NCBI GenBank assembly: GCA_002269645.1
Contig: NIVC01003533.1
Coordinates: forward strand, 1 to 64,000
Origin: Macrostomum lignano
Taxonomy: Eukaryota
DNA length: 64,000 bases
Direction: 5' to 3'
The translations under genes were made by a program, and so were the position numbers. Shown piece after piece: positions 45,478-57,214 of this stretch. Every line of letters begins with the position of its first letter. The first letter of the stretch is position 1. The notes beneath the pieces were generated by a model. The model had not been told where the DNA came from, did not search any database, and worked only from the letters and a program-made list of their open reading frames with translations.

Positions 45478-48360
45478 TTTAGCGATTTTGATTCTTAGTT
45501 AAGAGATTAGGATTCTTAGTTTAGAGATTTGGATTCTTAGTTTAGCGATTTGGATTCTTAGTTTAGAGATTTGGATTCTTAGTTTAGCGATTTGGATTCT
45601 TAGTTTAGAGATTTGGATTCATAGTTTAGAGATTAGGATTCTTAGTTTAGAGATTAGGATTCTTAGTTTAGAGATTTGGATTCTTAGTTTAGCGATTTGG
45701 ATTCTTAGTTTAGAGATTTGGATTCTTAGTTTAGCGATTTGGATTCTTAGTTTAGAGATTTGGATTCATAGTTTAGAGATTAGGATTCTTAGTTTAGAGA
45801 TTGGGATTCTTAGTTTAGCGATTCGGATTCTTAGTTTAGAGATTAGGATTCTTAAGTTTGAGATTTGGATTCTTAGTTTAGCGATTCGGATTCTTAGTTT
45901 AGAGATTAGGATTCTTAGTTTAGAGATTAGGATTCTTAGTTAAGAGATTAGGATTCATAGTTTAGAGATTTGGATTCTTAGTTTAGAGATTTATATTCAT
46001 AGTTTAGCGATTCGGATTCTTAGTTCAGCGATTAGGATTCTTAGTTTAGAGATTAGGATTCTTAGTTTAGAGATTGGGATTCTTAGTTTAGAGATTAGGA
46101 TTCTTAGTTTAGAGATTTGGATTCTTAGTTTAGCCATTCGGATTCTTAGTTTAGAGATTAGGATTCTTAGTTTAGAGATTAGGATTCTTAGTTTAGAGAT
46201 TGGGATTCTTAGTTTAGAGATTAGGATTCTTAGTTTAGAGATTTGGATTCTTAGTTTAGAGATTTGGATTCTTAGTTTAGAGATTAGGATTCTTAGTTTA
46301 GCGATTAGGATTCTTAGTTTAGAGATTAGGATTCTTAGTTTAGAGATTAGGATTCTTAGTTTAGAGATTAGGATTCTTAGTTAAGAGATTAGGATTCTTA
46401 GTTTAGAGATTAGGATTCTTAGTTTAGAGATTAGGATTCTTAGTTTAGAGATTAGGATTCTTAGTTTAGAGATTAGGATTCTTAGCTCAGCGATTAGGAT
46501 TCTTAGTTTAGAGATAAGGATTCTTAGTTTAGAGATTGGGATTCTTAGTTTAGAGATTGGGATTCTTAGTTTAGAGATTAGGATTCTTAGTTTAGAGATT
46601 AGGATTCTTAGTTTAGCGATTAGGATTCTTAGTTTAGAGATTAGGATTCTTAGTTCAGCGATTAGGATTCTTAGTTTAGAGATTAGGATTCTTAGTTCAG
46701 CGATTAGGATTCTTAGTTTAGAGATTAGGATTCTTAGTTTAGCGATTAGGATTCTTAGTTTAGAGATTAGGATTCTTAGTTTAGAGATTTGGATTCTTAG
46801 TTTAGAGATTTGGATTCATAGTTTAGAGATTAGGATTCTTAAGTTTGAGATTTGGATTCTTAGTTCAGCGATTCGGATTCTTAGTTCAGCGATTAGGATT
46901 CTTAGTTTAGAGATTAGGATTCTTAGTTTAGAGATTAGGATTCTTAGTTAAGAGATTAGGATTCATAGTTTAGAGATTTGGATTCTTAGTTTAGAGACTT
47001 GGATTCTTAGTTTAGCGATTCGGATTCTTAGTTTAGAGATTTGGATTCTTAGTTTAGCGATTCGGATTCTTAGTTCAGCGATTAGGATTCTTAGTTTAGA
47101 GATTAGGATTCTTAGTTTAGAGATTAGGATTCTTAGTTTAGAGATTAGGATTCTTAGTTTAGAGATTAGGATTCTTAGTTAAGAGATTAGGATTCATAGT
47201 TTAGAGATTTGGATTCTTAGCTTAGAGATTTGGATTCATAGTTTAGAGATTAGGATTCTTAAGTTTGAGACTTGGATTCTTAGTTTAGCGATTCGGATTC
47301 TTAGTTCAGCGATTAGGATTCTTAGTTTAGCGATTAGGATTCTTAGTTTAGCGATTAGGATTCTTAGTTTAGAGATTAGGATTCTTAGTTCAGCGATTAG
47401 GATTCTTAGTTTAGCGATTGGGATTCTTAGTTTAGAGATTTGGGCTCTTAGTTTAGAGATTTGGATTCTTAGTTTAGCGATTCGGATTCTTAGTTCAGCG
47501 ATTAGGATTCTTAGTTTAGAGATTAGGATTCTTAGTTAAGAGATTAGGATTCATAGTTTAGAGATTTGGATTCTTAGTTTAGAGATTTGGATTCTTAGTT
47601 TAGCGATTCGGATTCTTAGTTTAGAGATTTGGATTCTTAGTTTAGCGATTCGGATTCTTAGTTTAGAGATTAGGATTCTTAGTTTAGAGATTAGGATTCT
47701 TAGTTAAGAGATTAGGATTCATAGTTTAGAGATTTGGATTCTTAGTTTAGCGATTCGGATTCTTAGTTTAGAGATTAGGATTCTTAGTTTAGAGATTAGG
47801 ATTCTTAGTTAAGAGATTAGGATTCATAGTTTAGAGATTTGGATTCTTAGTTTAGAGATTTGGATTCATAATTTAGAGATTAGGATTCTTAAGTTTGAGA
47901 CTTGGATTCTTAGTTTAGCGATTCGGATTCTTAGTTCAGCGATTAGGATTCTTAGTTTAGCGATTAGGATTCTTAGTTTAGCGATTAGGATTCTTAGTTT
48001 AGAGATTAGGATTCTTAGTTCAGCGATTAGGATTCTTAGTTTAGCGATTGGGATTCTTAGTTTAGAGATTTGGGCTCTTAGTTTAGAGATTTGGATTCTT
48101 AGTTTAGCGATTCGGATTCTTAGTTCAGCGATTAGGATTCTTAGTTTAGAGATTAGGATTCTTAGTTTAGAGATTGGGATTCTTAGTTTAGAGATTAGGA
48201 TTCTTAGTTTAGAGATTAGGATTCTTAGTTCAGCGATTAGGATTCTTAGTTTAGCGATTAGGATTCTTAGTTTAGAGATTTGGGCTCTTAGTTTAGCGAT
48301 TAGGATTCTTAGTTCAGCGATTAGGGTTCTTAGTTCAGTGATTAGGGTTCTTAGTGTAGC
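45478..48360. repeat. 21-nt satellite (GATTAGGATTCTTAGTTTAGA), about 135 copies
   Basis: Tandem repetition with variant blocks. Confidence 0.97.
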
Positions 48361-48404
48361 GATTATATATACGAGCTATTTATTCTTAAGCTCTTGTTAG
48401 CCAG

Positions 48405-48962
48405 TCAATTAGCCGCATGCAGCTGCACCACAGACCGGTGGCCAAAGGGGCTGGCGTACAAGATGCCCACCTGCCTATAGACGTGTTTAGTAATGCCAGC
48501 ATCTACCAGATAGGTGGAGCCATAGCCAGCGTCAACGGGCACCGGTAGGCAGTACTGCAGATTAATTTTGCACTCCAACCTAGCCGGATTTCGTTGCTGA
48601 GGACACACGCCAACAACCGGAGCCCTGTTGGAGCGGCACCACAGGGCCAGGGTGTGCTCCGGGCTGTCCGGCTCGCTAGTGGCCAGAACTATGTAGTCTA
48701 GCAGCCAGGGCAGGTCGCGGCAGCTGTGCACCACTGGACAGCCGGTGGTGCGGAACAGCTGTACTTCCTGGGCCAGCTCACTTGAGGCCGCCAGTTCGCG
48801 TTCGCTGCAGTACACGTGCACTCGAACCTCTTTATTAGCCAGGTGACGAGCCATTGATAATCCCATTAGGCCGCGCCTGCCTGGCCCCACTAGCACGGCC
48901 ACCTGCGGCAGCTGGTGCTGATTGCCCGGCTGCAGCCGGCTGGCCCCGCCCATCTGCTGCAC
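48405..48962 (-). CDS. EDC3: EDC3 exon 4 (YjeF_N domain, terminal)
   Basis: SRLQPGNQHQLPQVAVLVGPG...ARHLAN...ASPFGHRSVVQL*; phase 0; AATAAA at 48384-48379. Confidence 0.9.
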   Translation of the reverse strand: MQQMGGASRLQPGNQHQLPQVAVLVGPGRRGLMGLSMARHLANKEVRVHVYCSERELAASSELAQEVQLFRTTGCPVVHSCRDLPWLLDYIVLATSEPDSPEHTLALWCRSNRAPVVGVCPQQRNPARLECKINLQYCLPVPVDAGYGSTYLVDAGITKHVYRQVGILYASPFGHRSVVQLHAAN

Positions 48963-49064
48963 CTGGATTGGGTGCCAGGTTGGAAGTCAAGGTCAACTGA
49001 GGTCAGATACACAGAGCCTTAATATCAATGCTCAAAGAGTCTAAATGTTATAAACTAGTTGGAA

Positions 49065-49245
49065 TTTGAGTCATAGCACATAAAAGCACAGCAATTTGAG
49101 TCATAGCCCATACAAGCACAGCAATTTGAGTCATAGCCCAAATAGCACTGCAATTTGAGTCATAGCCCATAAAAGCACAGCAATTTGAGTCAAAGCTCAT
49201 AAAAGAACTGCAATTTGAGTCATAGCTCATAAAAGAACTGCAATT
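49065..49245. repeat. 30-nt minisatellite in EDC3 intron 3
   Basis: CAATTTGAGTCATAGC core, about 6 copies. Confidence 0.85.
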
Positions 49246-49253
49246 CAGCTCAC

Positions 49254-49415
49254 CAGAAACTCGGACGCGCTGCGGCCAAAAGCTTCGGCTAAGCGGGCGG
49301 CCGTTAAGCCGGCTTTATCAGCGGCAGACAGGACAGCCACCCGGAGCTCCTCGGTCACAGACGGCACGGGGAGACCCACGTCTGTGGCAAACTGGCAGTC
49401 CACTTTGCATGGCAC
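49254..49415 (-). CDS. EDC3: EDC3 exon 3
   Basis: FATDVGLPVPSVTEELR...AGLTAARLAEAFGRSAS; canonical splice sites; phase 0-0. Confidence 0.9.
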
Positions 49416-49434
49416 CTGAGGAGACGGAACGCGG

Positions 49435-50395
49435 TTTGGGGCGATTCTCAGTGAGATTTATTAGGGGCGATTCTCAGAGAGATTTAGTAGGGGGCGATTC
49501 TAAGGGAGATTTATTAGAGGGCGATCTCAGGGAGATTTAGTAGGGGGCGATTCTCAGGGAGATTTATTAGAGGGCGATCTCAGGGAGATTTAGTAGGGGG
49601 CGATTCTCAGGGAGATTTATTAGAGGGCGATCTCAGGGAGATTTAGTAGGGGGCGATTCTCAGGGAGATTTATTAGAGGGCGATCTCAGGGAGATTTAGT
49701 AGGGGGCGATTCTCAGGGAGATTTATTAGAGGGCGATCTCAGGGAGATTTAGTAGGGGGCGATTCTCAGGGAGATTTATTAGGGGGGGGGGAATCTCAGG
49801 GAGATTTAGTAGGGGGCGATTCTCAGGGAGATTTATTAGAGGGCGATCTCAGGGAGATTTAGTAGGGGGCGATTCTCAGGGAGATTTATTAGGGGGGGGG
49901 AATCTCAGGGAGATTTATTAGGGGGGAGATTCTCAGTGAGATTTATTAGGAGGAGATTCTCAGTGAGACTTATTAGGGGGAGATTCTCAGGGAGATTTAT
50001 TAGGGGGAGATTCTCAGGGAGATTTATTAGGGGGGGGATTCTTAGTGAAATTTATTAGGGGAGATTCTCAGGGAGATTTATTAGGGGGAGATTCTCAGGG
50101 AGATTTATTAGGGGGGGGGGATTCTTAGTGAAATTTATTAGGGGAGATTCTCAGGGAGATTTATTAGGGGGGGGGGATTCTTAGTGAAATTTATTAGGGG
50201 AGATTCTCAGGGAGATTTATTAGGGGGGAGGGAGATTCTCAGTGAAATTTATTAGGGGAGACTCTCAGGGAGATTTATTAGGGGGAGATTCTCAGGGAGA
50301 TGTATTAGGGGCGATTCTCAGGGAGATGTATTAGGGGGCGATTCTCAGGGAGATTTATTAGGGGGGAGATTCTCAGGGAGATTTATTAGGGGGGA
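49435..50395. repeat. G-rich repeat of about 20 nt (GGGAGATTTATTAGGGG) filling EDC3 intron 2
   Basis: Tandem repetition. Confidence 0.9.
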
Positions 50396-50400
50396 GTTAC

Positions 50401-50742
50401 CTGGATAGAGGGCGCGGCGGGAGCGGCACCGCCGGGCAGCAGGACGCTCTGGTCTGGCCGCAGCTTCGGCTCCGGCTGGGGTGGCTGGGCGGTGCGCACC
50501 AGGTCCGGCTCGGGAGTCTGGCCGCTGTCCACCATGGCGTAGAAGGCCTGCTTGTCGAACAGCGCCAGGTTGCCTTCGAAATCGAAATCATCCATCATGT
50601 CGCCGGCTGACATGCTGAAGGCGTTGTGCCTTGGCTGCTGCTTTTGGGCCGATGCATTCTGCTGCGGCAGTTTGCTGCCCCGGTAGGGGACGAATGCGCT
50701 GCCGCCATTGTTGCCGGGGACGCTGGCGCTAGTGTCTTGTTG
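50401..50742 (-). CDS. EDC3: EDC3 exon 2 (FDF domain)
   Basis: DDFDFEGNLALFDK. Confidence 0.93.
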
Positions 50743-51275
50743 CTATGGAAACAGAGGGAAAGGACATTAGCAGTGCATAAATAACAGCTATAATCGATTG
50801 CCAATCTAAAGAACTAAATAGCTCGATCTGTCAATCAATCAATCTATCTATTCGAATATCTATCTATCTATCTATCTACCTACTTCTATTTTTCCAGCTG
50901 CCTTAATCGTTTCCGGTGATCTTGTGTGCGTGCATTCAGCTTGATTGGCTGCGGCAAGCAAGCTCGAAAGAGCTCGCTTCGCTCGCTCTTTCTCGCTATC
51001 TACCATCTATTGCCAAGACCTGCACCGGAGCGGTTACGAAAATTAGATTTCTCGGTAGTTGCTCGCACTCTTTTGCACTACTTGAGTAGTCTGATTTTCG
51101 TTCGGCATGGCTGGTTCCAGCAGGTAGTTCCTCTGGATAAAAGCGCTTACCGCGCCCATTGGCTTTCCAGCTGCCTTAATCGTTTCCGGTGATCTTGTGT
51201 GCGTGCTTTCAGCTTGATTGGCTGCGGCAAGCAAGCTCGAAAGAGCTCGCTTCGCTTGCTCTTTCTCGCTATCTA

Positions 51276-51317
<42 letters not shown>

Positions 51318-51366
51318 CCTAACAGCGGGTAATCATAGCTGAATAGATATACTGTAAGCTACGCAC

Positions 51367-51894
51367 TTGTCGATATTGCTGCTCTCCAATCGGCGTCTTT
51401 CTAGTTGGAGTAACGCCTCGTTGCTGCTGCTGCTGCTGCATCGGTGAATCCTTAGGCTGCTGTTGCTTCTTCTTGTTGCTACCAGAGAAGTGCGACGGGG
51501 CCTTAACAGGCGGGCTGGAGCAAATATAAGCAGGTGTTGCATTTGGTATGCTCATCAGCTTCTCGGCTGTGCGCTGCTGCTTTGCAATAGCAGCAGCCGA
51601 AGTGGCTGAAGCTGAGGTTGCTGTCAACTGCTGCTTTTTTGGTTGTTGCTTTGCGGTTTCTGTCGAAGCAGAAGTGGTAGCGGCAGCGGCCAGAGCATCC
51701 TTGGACTGCAGCATGACAATGCTAACGATCGATGACCTGTGCAGTGTCACCTCACTGGTATCGCTGGGCAGTCCATTGCGGCTGGCATCGCGCAGTGTCA
51801 CCTTCTCGTTGCTAACGTCAACAACTGTGCCAACAAATGTGCCTAGTAGTGGGCCACAGTCTAACTGCAGCTGGGCTCCAATGAACTCACCCAT
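51367..51894 (-). CDS. EDC3: EDC3 exon 1 (LSm domain plus low-complexity linker)
   Basis: MGEFIGAQLQLDCGPLLGTFVGTVVDV; gtgcgt donor; phase 0. Confidence 0.9.
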
Positions 51895-52988
51895 GCTATA
51901 GATTGATTGGAATTTACTGTGTACTGTGGAACATCAATTGATCAGGTGGATTAAATTAACTTTTCTTGGAATTCACATGAAGAGTTCTACCATAGCTTGG
52001 TTACAGGAACACACATTTCCCATATCTAGTAATAGGAGCCATGCCCACCCCCCCCCCACTTTTTTAGCAACTGTTGATTTATTTTTCTTCAAATAGAATG
52101 CTAAAATTGTTATAATTTTTTAATCCATTTAAGTATTTGCTACTTTAATATTTTATAAGAAGTGGAGACTATTGGATTACAAAATCAGTCAAAATAAAGA
52201 GAAAGAGGTTAAATCCATCTTTTTGTTTATTTGAGAAAAGTTAGATTATGCAAGTTATCTAAACTTGTAACTAGGTATTTTGCATTTATGTCATTAAGTG
52301 AATATAATATAAGTTTGTTTTTTGTTAGGGTCTATTAATAAATGAATCCCTTTAACTACTATCTAATATATAACAATGTTAGCTGAATAATTGTTTCTCT
52401 AACACTTTTTCTTAACCTTTTATCTAACCAATTCCCCCTAGTCATTCTGTTTTTAAACAAAAATTACCTTGCAAATCTCAAGGGATTTTGACCAAAACTT
52501 TTATAAATTTCTAAACCAGTTAAGTATTGCTTTATTTAATTTTGTTTATTTACAATTACAGAGTTGTGATCATTTGAATTTATATTTTCCAATCTAAATG
52601 AATCTAGCCAACTACTTGCCAACCATAGTGTCCAGTGAATATCTCTGCTTTTTTTTGGTTGGCATTTCATGAGGGTTCTTTATAGGTTTATAGTTTATAT
52701 GTTAAATATTCTGGGACAGTTTAAAACAATCTGCACAATGAAAACAATAAAATCAGTCTGATTTCTTTTCTTAAATATATTAATCTTTTAATGAAACTTT
52801 TCAAATATATATATGAAATATAAATCTTAACAAAACAACTATAAGCTAATATTATGAAACACCTGTTATTACTAAAATAACTATACTTATGAATTTTTTA
52901 ATTTTTCATCAAAAATAAAATGTGTCTATCACAAAAGCAACTTGGTTACTTGTCACCAAAACTACTATTTATTACTATGCTTGGGCGC

Positions 52989-53134
52989 AACCTAGGGATT
53001 CACCTGGCCATCTCTATTGGCAACACAGATGTAAGTCACTATTGGATGAAATAGTAGTCACATGACTACTCTTAGCCAATAGTGACTTACATGTGTGTGT
53101 TGCCAATAGAAATGGCCGAGTGATTACCAAGGTT
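52989..53134. repeat. Near-perfect foldback palindrome of about 146 bp
   Basis: Arm GGCCATCTCTATTGGCAACACAGATGTAAGTCACTATTGG and its reverse complement; inner AGTAGTCA/TGACTACT stem. Confidence 0.9.
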
Positions 53135-56100
53135 ACACATGTATGTTTGTTACCAAAACATCTGTCACTGAAACAACTTAACACCAACTCATTGAAACAA
53201 CTGGTACCCCTAATATCTATCTTATTATTTTAAAATCTTATTATATAGACTAGGATTTCAAATATATATAAATTGGAATTGACATGCTTTAAGAATTTGG
53301 GTTTGCTTGGATCTGGGTCTGAAGATCTTAGAATCTTACTGCTGCCACCAGTGTGGGAACCGTAGGATCTTCAATGAAGGGGTCTGTTAGGGTTCTATGC
53401 AAATAAATAATGCTAGAACAACTAGTCTAAGAGATTTCAATATGTCTAAGTGACAGGACTCAATCGTGGCAAATGGCCTAAGTGACGCAGTCCTGGCACT
53501 GACAAATGTCTGCGCTTAAGCGTGTAGAGTTTAACTCTTACAGGACCCTAACTCCTACTAACCTAATAGCTACATCTTGCGTAGATAGGTGGCAAGGAAT
53601 AGGTCTATGTGCCTGAAGCAGCAATAGACTCATGCTAACTAAGCTATCAGCTATTTCTTAGAATTGCGCACGTGTTGCGACTGCACAATCACTTTCACTC
53701 TTATATTCATGCCTATGTCGCAAATAGACAACAGCAGAATGGCTTTAGTTAACTTTCCTGCCAATTTCCTGCCAATAGAGTAGGCTGGAAAACCAGAGCT
53801 ATAGCACTAGCAATGCTCTACCAAGACTTGCTTAGGAGCTTGCTTTCTGCTTGAGCACTATAATACTCTACCAAGACCTGCTCAGGAGCTTGCGTCTGTT
53901 TCTAGCGATGCCTTGTTCTACCAAGACCTGCTTAGGAGCCTTGCTTTGCTGTTAACTAGTGCTAAAGTTCTAGACTTGGAGAAGGCTCTTGACAAGTCTT
54001 CACGAGGCAGTTCTAAGGAGAAATTCAGACAAACAGCCTGCATGCATTGATATAGAATGTGGAAGGTGGAGTGTTTGGGATTCCATGGCTTGACCATGGA
54101 ACAGCAGCCCAAAAAGTGCAGATAATAATGCACAATAGATATTGATTAAACATGGGAGAGAGTAGCTTGTTTAAGCACCAACAGTTGCTTCAAGCCACTA
54201 GTGAAGACAGCATGCCAAATTTAGGCTTGTGCGCATAAGGCTATAGAAGGGGAGGGTTTGGCTTGGGATATGGGGTCTACAAAATGCCGAAACCCTTAGT
54301 CTAAAAATAGAATGACGTATTAAGAGAGGCTTAGACAGTGGAGGAAAGAGAGAGAGCAGAAGGGGAGAGGGTCTAAGAAGTGCAAAAGGGGAGGAATGTA
54401 GCTAACTAGACTTGTGTACATTGGGCGATTGTACGTGGCAAGCTAGGCAACAATAGTATAGGCAAGTACCAAATTTGGCAGCTTCTACTAACTAACACTA
54501 GGCTAGAAATACTTCCTAATTTCTTATGTTAATGAGCCTCATTATGATGGCTTAATTGCACAATATTGTGCAATTTCTTAGCACCAAGGAAGGCTACTTA
54601 GAGTGCATGGAAGCAGTAGAAAATTCCTATTCCAGATACTAACAGTGGATAGAAGTGCCTAAGATGACTGTGGCCCTATGCTTGTAGCAGAAGGCTGCAG
54701 CCACACCAGAATTTAGAATCTGGGGCTGTCTTATTAAATTAAAAAAAACAAAATAAAAATAGAACTGTATAACTTTTTTATTATTTGTAAGACAAACTGT
54801 AAGACAAACTAATGTAAGAAAACTTACTTAAAAACCTTTAAATAATATAGAGAAATTATACTAGAAAGGTATATTTATTTAGGCCTATTATATTAAATAG
54901 GCCTAATGGCTACATGGCATCATGGCATGGGAATAAGAAGCAAATATATAGGTCAATGCCTATCTATGGCTGTGCAAATATATAAAATAATTTAACAAAA
55001 GGAAAACTATCAATTCTTTATTTAAAAAGAAAAACTTATAACATGAAAAGAACAGAAATTGATGATTAGGTTTGCGAGACCTTTCTATTTTACTAACATT
55101 TAGAAAAATGAGATGTTTAAAATTGCACCCAAGCCATGCCCATGCCCAGCCGCAGTCCCATAGTCATAGAATGTTCTTCTGGATTGGTGAATTTCCCACT
55201 AGGCCTCTCCCTTTAAACTGACCTAAGCTGAACTACATGAGTTAAACTGAACCTTAAAACTGAAACGATCTAATTCTTGAACTTTCAGAACGATCAGAAA
55301 GTGACAGAAACTTTCAGATCGACCTGACACTCGATAACGTGTTACATTTGCGACTTGCTCCCTATTATCTGTTCTGTCACTTATGAGTTCTGTCACTTAT
55401 TAAGTTACTTAAAAGTTATTATTTTCTACAAAATTTTTTGTCATTTTGAGACCTAGACTTCTCATCGTTCTAGAAACTTCCAGCGTGACTAAGCTTGTCT
55501 TCGAGTATATTTCTAGAAAGTTCTATTCGTATTTACGCGTGTTTTCCGGAATTTTCCGGATGCGCAAATTTTCTCAAAGGAAAAGCAAAGTGACACAGAT
55601 ATGTGAATCTGAATCATCTCCAGTTGAATCATTTAGGAGGAGAATAAAATATTTCTGAAGTAAAAGAGCGTAGTGGCACTGCATTCGCTCGCGGCAGCTG
55701 CAATTGGAGAGGAAAAATTTAGAAGCTTTTTGGAGTATATCGAAGTTCGAGCAGGACCAGAAGTTCCAGGAATCAGTAAGTAGTACAAGTTGCCAACCTG
55801 ACACGAGAGCCGAGCGACCAAAACCTTTTAACTTTCAACCGTTCAAATTTTCAGCAGATCACATGCCTAGCCAATTCATTCTTTACGAAATCCATGTGAA
55901 CGTCAGAACAGGCAAGATCGCATCTATTGTTCTTCACACAAAATCAACTATGGTACAGCTGCTTTCGACTCGGCGAATCTGGTTAGTAGCACCTTGATGT
56001 AGGCCAAGAACCCTTCAATTAGCTGTATACAATTCATTGCTACCTTCGCCAATGAGGAGAAAAATGAGTGAAACAAGTGCCATTTTATAACGTTCGCATT

Positions 56101-56358
56101 GATGTCTGGAAAGTCAACAGTCGATTATACCGCCGTTTTTAATGCATCAGAAGAAATTTTCAGACGATTTTGAGCTCACACAGCCTGCCTAATGGGACTT
56201 CGAAGCCACTTCATGGCAGGCGATGCGCTCTGTCTTTCCCACCGCAAGGCTGCAGGGATGTCTATAGTAGAAAAATATTATACTTTTTTGCGATTGAATT
56301 CGTCCAAACTGCAAAACCTTTCGTCCACAAATGCTTTCTTAATGGGAGCTAAATTTAG

Positions 56359-56530
56359 ATCATACCAAAGACAACTGTGTTCACGCAAAAAGGTTCACGC
56401 AGCCGGCCACTCCGAGTTCGAATGTCGCCCTCGAGTTCGGGGAGAATCCGCAGGCTCGACTGGCTGAAGCCGAGCTGTGGCGCAGGTTCTACCGGCTGGG
56501 AACGGAGATGGTGGTGACTCGGGCTGGACG
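56359..56530 (+). CDS. T-box transcription factor exon (start of the T-box domain)
   Basis: ARLAEAELWRRFYRLGTEMVVTRAGR followed by a phase-2 gtgaga donor at the usual GR|RMFP intron position; 5' boundary uncertain. Confidence 0.85.
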
Positions 56531-57212
56531 GTGAGACTGGGGTGTGGGATCTATTGCAGACTGGGGTGTGGGATCTATTGCAGACTGGAGTGTGTGATCT
56601 ATTGCAGACTGGGGTGTGTGATCTATTGCAGGCTGGGGTGTGGGATCTATTGCATACTGGGGTGTGGGATCTATTGCAGACTGGGTGTGGGATCTATTGG
56701 AGACTGGAGTGTGGGATCCGTAATCGATAATAAAGTGGGATCTATTGTAGATGGGTGTGAGATCCATTTCAGACTGGGGTATGGGATCTATTTCATACTG
56801 GGGTGTGGGATCTATTGGAGGCTGGGTGTGGGGATCTATTGAATATTGAGTTGTGGGATCTGTTGGAGACATGGGATGTGGGATCTGTTGGAGACATGGG
56901 GTGTGGGATCTGTTGGAGACATGGGGTGTGGGATCTATTGGAGACTGAGACTGGGGTGTAAGATCTATTGTATGCTGGGTGTGGGATCTATTGCAGACTG
57001 GGGTGTGGGGATCTATTGCAGACTGGGGTGTGGGATCTATTGCAGACTGGGGGGTGTAGGATCTATTGCAGACTGGGGTGTGGGATCTATTGCAGACTGG
57101 GGGGTGTAGGATCTATTGCAGACTGGGGTGTGGGGATCTATTGTATGCTGGGTGTGGGATCTAGTTTATACTGGGGGTAGGCTCTATTGGACACTGGGGT
57201 GTGGGATCTATT
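56531..57212. repeat. About 24-nt minisatellite (GTGTGGGATCTATTGCAGACTGGG)
   Basis: Begins right after the T-box donor. Confidence 0.9.
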
Positions 57213-57214
57213 GA

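Noticed and set aside
45478-50395. Interstitial telomere
   Set aside because: TTAGG and TTAGGG occur only as isolated motifs inside longer units, never as (TTAGGG)n
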